Shown here: piece after piece, positions 60,900-64,000 of the stretch
Position numbering within the stretch: position 1 is the stretch's first letter
Layout: every line of letters starts with the position of its first letter
Source of the DNA: an uncultured archaeon
Lineage (GTDB): Archaea > Nanobdellota > Nanobdellia > Pacearchaeales > GW2011-AR1
Length of the DNA stretch: 64,000 nt
Assembly: GCA_902385635.1 (NCBI GenBank)
Contig: CABMGN010000002.1
Span: 82,092-146,091 of the forward strand
Direction of reading: 5' to 3'
Made by a program: the position numbers and the translations under genes
Notes under the pieces: generated by a model
Databases searched by the model: none
The model's input: only the letters and a program-made list of their open reading frames with translations
Told to the model about the DNA's origin: nothing

Positions 60900-62054
60900 A
60901 TGCAGATAAAAAAAGTGTATGGTGAGGAAACTAAGGATTCTAGGGGAGAACCAACTATAGCTGTTTTTATTGAAACTAATGTTGGAAAGTTTTCAGCCAG
61001 TTCTCCAGACGGAAAATCAAAAGGAAAGTTCGAAGCAAAGTCTTATAAGAAAAATCTTCAGGAAGACATTAAGACCTTGAAAAAATTCTCTGATTACTTT
61101 GCTGAAGAGATTATAGAAGAATTTCAGGATTTAAGACAGGTTGAGGACATAATCAAAGAGTATGTTGGAGCAAATACTCTTTTTGCGTTAGAAGCAGCGA
61201 TCCTTAAAGCAATTGCAAAAGAGAAAAAGAAACAAGTCTGGCAAGTAATTAATCCTGGGGCTAAAAAAGTTCCGAGATTTGTTGGAAATTGTGTTGGCGG
61301 TGGAAAGCATTCACAAACAGAGAAAAAACCAGATTTCCAGGAGTTTTTGCTAATTTCTGATTTAAAATCAGCTAGAGAAAATTCTGAATCAAATAAAAAA
61401 ATAAGAAACTCTGTTGGAGACGAATTAAAGATTGAAGACAAAACATTCACATTCAAAGTTAGCGATGAGAAAGGGTGGATGACTTCTCTAAACGAGAAAG
61501 AAGTTTTAGATATACTTACTAGGTTTAAACTTCCCTTCGGGGTTGATGTTGCTTCATCTAGTTTTTATTCAAGAAAGAAGTATCATTATGAAAATCCTAA
61601 ATTAGATAGAACAGCTGATGAACAATTGTTTTACCTTTCTAATTTAATAAAAAATTATAAGATATTCTACATTGAAGACCCATTTGATGAAGAAGACTTT
61701 GAAAATTTTGCAAATTTACTAAAAACCTTTCCGAACTGTCTGATTGTTGGGGATGATCTTACTGTTACAAACCTGAAAAGACTAGAGAAAGCGATAAAAT
61801 TAAATTCAATTAATGGAATAATTGTCAAACCAAACCAGAATGGTTCTCTTTTACAAGTAAAAGAGGTTTGTGAACTTGCTAAAAAAAATAATATTAAAAC
61901 AGTTTTTTCTCACAGGAGTGGAGAGACAGAGGAAAATATCCTTGCGGACTTAGCTATTGGTTTTGGCGCTGATTTCTTAAAATGTGGAATTACTGGGAAG
62001 GAAAGAGAAGCAAAAATAAAGAGATTGATCGAGATTGAGAAGGCAATGAAGTAA
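60900..62054 (+). CDS. eno: Enolase (short, divergent)
   Basis: DSRGEPTIAV, QEFLLIS, DVASSSF, YIEDPFDEED, VGDDLTVTN, VKPNQNGSL and SHRSGETEE, so the metal-ligand and catalytic motifs are retained. At 384 aa it is shorter than the usual roughly 430. Confidence 0.7.
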   Translation: MQIKKVYGEETKDSRGEPTIAVFIETNVGKFSASSPDGKSKGKFEAKSYKKNLQEDIKTLKKFSDYFAEEIIEEFQDLRQVEDIIKEYVGANTLFALEAAILKAIAKEKKKQVWQVINPGAKKVPRFVGNCVGGGKHSQTEKKPDFQEFLLISDLKSARENSESNKKIRNSVGDELKIEDKTFTFKVSDEKGWMTSLNEKEVLDILTRFKLPFGVDVASSSFYSRKKYHYENPKLDRTADEQLFYLSNLIKNYKIFYIEDPFDEEDFENFANLLKTFPNCLIVGDDLTVTNLKRLEKAIKLNSINGIIVKPNQNGSLLQVKEVCELAKKNNIKTVFSHRSGETEENILADLAIGFGADFLKCGITGKEREAKIKRLIEIEKAMK

Positions 62055-62099
62055 AACCCCATAATAACCTTTAAAAACTAATTTCTCCCTGAAGTATTC

Positions 62100-62933
62100 A
62101 TGGTTAAAAAGAAAAAGGAAGATTCTGAAGCAGTAGAAGAATTACAAGGCGAGAAGCTAGAAAAAGCTGCTGAAAAAGAATCTTTAGAGACTGTTGATTT
62201 AGAAGCAAAGAAAAAGAAGCTTCTTGAGAAGGCAAAGAAACTCGCGGGAAAAGTTGAAACAACAGTAACAGAGGATTTGAAAGAGCAGGTTAAAATCAAG
62301 AAGAGAACAGACATGCTTGTTCCACTTGAAGAGTATGTTAAGGACGGAATTTATCTTGGAACTAGAGTAGTTACTCCTGACATGAAACCATTCATTTATA
62401 GAAGAAGAGCGGATGGATTAGCGATTTTTAACACAGATCTTATTGATGAAAAATTAAAAGAAGCAGCAGAGTTCATGGCAAAGTTCGATGCAAAAGACAT
62501 TGTTCTTGTTTGCAGAAGACAGGCTGGATGGAGAGCCGCAGACATGATGGCAAAGTTAACTGGAATTAAAGTTTTCACAAAAAAATATCCTGCTGGAGTT
62601 CTTACAAATACTAAGCTAAGAGATTTCTTCGAGAATGAATTAACAATTGTTTGCGATTCGTGGTTAGATAAGAACTCACTTCATGACACTTTAAGAGTGA
62701 AGAAAAAAGTTTTAATGGTTTGCGATACAAACAACCACGCTAACGGAGCAGATAAGATAATTATTGGTAATAATAAAAGTCCGAGAAGCCTTGGATTAAT
62801 TTTTTACCTACTAACAAGAGAGTATCTTAAGGCAAAAGAACTTTCTACAGAAGGAATGCCAGACATTGATTGGTGGACTGAAGAAGCAGAAGAAGGCGTC
62901 AGCTCAAGTGCTGGGGCAAAGTTTGGTGTTTAA
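62100..62933 (+). CDS. rps2: 30S ribosomal protein uS2 with Lys/Glu-rich N-terminal extension
   Basis: Core LVPLEEYVKDGIYLGTRVVTPDMKPFIYRRRADGLAIFN...YPAGVLTN...DTNNHANGADKIIIGNNKS. About 70 extra N-terminal charged residues. Confidence 0.8.
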   Translation: MVKKKKEDSEAVEELQGEKLEKAAEKESLETVDLEAKKKKLLEKAKKLAGKVETTVTEDLKEQVKIKKRTDMLVPLEEYVKDGIYLGTRVVTPDMKPFIYRRRADGLAIFNTDLIDEKLKEAAEFMAKFDAKDIVLVCRRQAGWRAADMMAKLTGIKVFTKKYPAGVLTNTKLRDFFENELTIVCDSWLDKNSLHDTLRVKKKVLMVCDTNNHANGADKIIIGNNKSPRSLGLIFYLLTREYLKAKELSTEGMPDIDWWTEEAEEGVSSSAGAKFGV

Positions 62934-62960
62934 GATTAAACTAGTTTTAATAAAAATAAA

Positions 62961-63347
62961 ATGACATTTACAAATGTAGAAATTGCTACACACTACTGGA
63001 CTGTACGAGGACAATTTGGAAAAGGCCAAGATGCAATTTTCAGAGAAGGACTTATGAAAAGAATTGCTGAATGGCCAACAAGTATTCATGAAGAGTTTGA
63101 ACAAACAGGAAGAGTTCCCGAAGGAATACTTCCTAGAAGAGGCAAAAACAACAGAGAGCAAAGAGAGATAACTTCTTTTTTAAGAACTGGGAGAGCCCCA
63201 ATTGTTCTGGATCCCCCCAGAGCAGGTTACTTAGAAAGCCCCGGAAAATCTAGAGATGGAAGAATGTTACCTGTTGCAAGAATGGAACAAGCTCATTCAC
63301 AAGTTGTTTATGGCGGAGAAAGAGTCTGTATTAAACCCGAGTATTAA
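62961..63347 (+). CDS. Hypothetical 128-aa protein (Arg-rich orphan)
   Basis: The ORF overlaps the convergent LigD-PE gene end by 4 nt. No motif recognised. Confidence 0.35.
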   Translation: MTFTNVEIATHYWTVRGQFGKGQDAIFREGLMKRIAEWPTSIHEEFEQTGRVPEGILPRRGKNNREQREITSFLRTGRAPIVLDPPRAGYLESPGKSRDGRMLPVARMEQAHSQVVYGGERVCIKPEY

Positions 63348-63763
63348 ATCTTCATAAGCAACCAATTAACTTTTTGTTTTGGTTGTTTTCTAATAAAAGG
63401 ATTATACTTATTTATTGGTCTTAAAAAATCAAAACGAGGTTTCATCTTTACTAAAACATACTTCCCTCGAAGTTTACTTCCATTAAGTTCGACAACTATC
63501 TTTTCTGGTTTTCTATCAATCATTCTGTACGGGCCCTTGTCCCAAATTTTTACTGTTCCTTTTCCGTAACCTTCTTTTATTTCTCCCTCGAACCCAATGT
63601 AACTTCTAGGATGATCTTCAACTTGAACTGCAAGCCTCTTTACTCCTCTTTCCTTTGGAGGCTCTTTTGGAACAGCCCAACTTTTTAGAGTTCCACCAAT
63701 ATCAAGACGGAAATCCCAGTGTAAATGAGTTGCTTTATGCTGATGTACAACAAACCTTGCCAT
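63344..63763 (-). CDS. Stand-alone LigD-type 3'-phosphoesterase (PE) domain protein
   Basis: FVVHQHKATHLHWDFRLDIGGTLKSWAVPKEPP...KRLAVQVEDHPRSYIGFEGEIKEGYGKGTVKIWDKGPY matches the LigD PE domain pattern (HYDFRLE..G.L.SWAVPKGP...VEDHP..Y..FEG.I). Confidence 0.75.
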   Translation of the reverse strand: MARFVVHQHKATHLHWDFRLDIGGTLKSWAVPKEPPKERGVKRLAVQVEDHPRSYIGFEGEIKEGYGKGTVKIWDKGPYRMIDRKPEKIVVELNGSKLRGKYVLVKMKPRFDFLRPINKYNPFIRKQPKQKVNWLLMKI

Positions 63764-63924
63764 TGCTCAAAGAACAGTTTTTGTTTTATAAAGTTTTATT
63801 TAAGATATCTTAAAGGATAATCTCTTAGTTTATGGTAGTTATTAGAAAGTAGTAACAAATAGAAATATTTATAAAGTTTGATATTCTAGAAATATTAACA
63901 AAATAAGGTATCAAAAAAATAAAA

Positions 63925-64000
63925 ATGGCTAAAAGACTTTCAGTATTCGCTGCAGAACAAGGCGGATGGTATGTTCGTGCTGTAGAAGGAACTCCGGATG
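63925..64000 (+). CDS. Start of an unidentified gene (runs off the 3' edge)
   Basis: An ATG at 63925 follows an AT-rich spacer. The peptide is MAKRLSVFAAEQGGWYVRAVEGTPD.... It is too short to identify. Confidence 0.3.
   Translation, partial: MAKRLSVFAAEQGGWYVRAVEGTPD

Noticed and set aside
1-64000. Alternative genetic code / stop-codon reassignment
   Set aside because: TAA, TAG and TGA all terminate well-supported conserved genes (for example TGA in the ATGA overlaps, TAA at most gene ends, and TAG at the end of 3625-4497). The single in-frame TAA at 44359 is therefore a local event.
1-64000. Prophage, transposon or integrative element
   Set aside because: I recognised no integrase, transposase, terminase, capsid or portal motifs and no flanking direct or inverted repeats. 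The tail-fibre-like gene at 30129-30992 is isolated and has a cellular export signal.

Overview
AT-rich, very gene-dense archaeal chromosome segment with many 4-nt ATGA start/stop overlaps and abutting convergent stop codons. Archaeal identity is read directly from the proteins and RNAs: thermosome (partial, 5' edge), proteasome alpha and beta, the exosome superoperon (psmA-SBDS-rrp4-rrp41-rrp42) followed by rpoK-eno-rps2, aCPSF1, aRNase J, RNase P Pop5, class I CCA-adding enzyme, archease plus RtcB, Mre11/Rad50, an intron-containing tRNA-Tyr(GUA) with a bulge-helix-bulge splice motif, and an SRP (7S) RNA. The Lys/Ile/Glu-rich proteome and compact layout suggest a small-genome, possibly DPANN-like archaeon; this is inference only. 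Accessory content: (i) a type IV pilus / Tad-like locus (about 6.1-15.5 kb) with seven class-III-signal-peptide proteins, a FlaI/VirB11-type ATPase and a split FlaJ/TadC platform; (ii) a surface-protein island (17.9-24.4 kb) of Cys-rich, PKD-containing and Asp-repeat secreted proteins; (iii) a Liv-type ABC transporter; (iv) a two-subunit 2-oxoacid:ferredoxin oxidoreductase whose subunit genes are separated by two unrelated genes; (v) a CFA-synthase homologue. I recognised no rRNA, CRISPR array, transposase or integrase. The best candidates for undescribed biology are: an RHH / unknown / membrane Hanks-kinase operon translationally coupled by ATGA overlaps, next to an Arg-rich porin-like secreted protein; a TrmB-FHA-two-orphan operon; a GTPase/DUF2073-like/Zn-ribbon triad; and a scattered set of Arg-rich orphan genes that contrast with the Lys-rich housekeeping genes. 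None of these can be shown to be a new system from sequence alone. All functional readings of the orphans are hypotheses needing HMM or structure searches.
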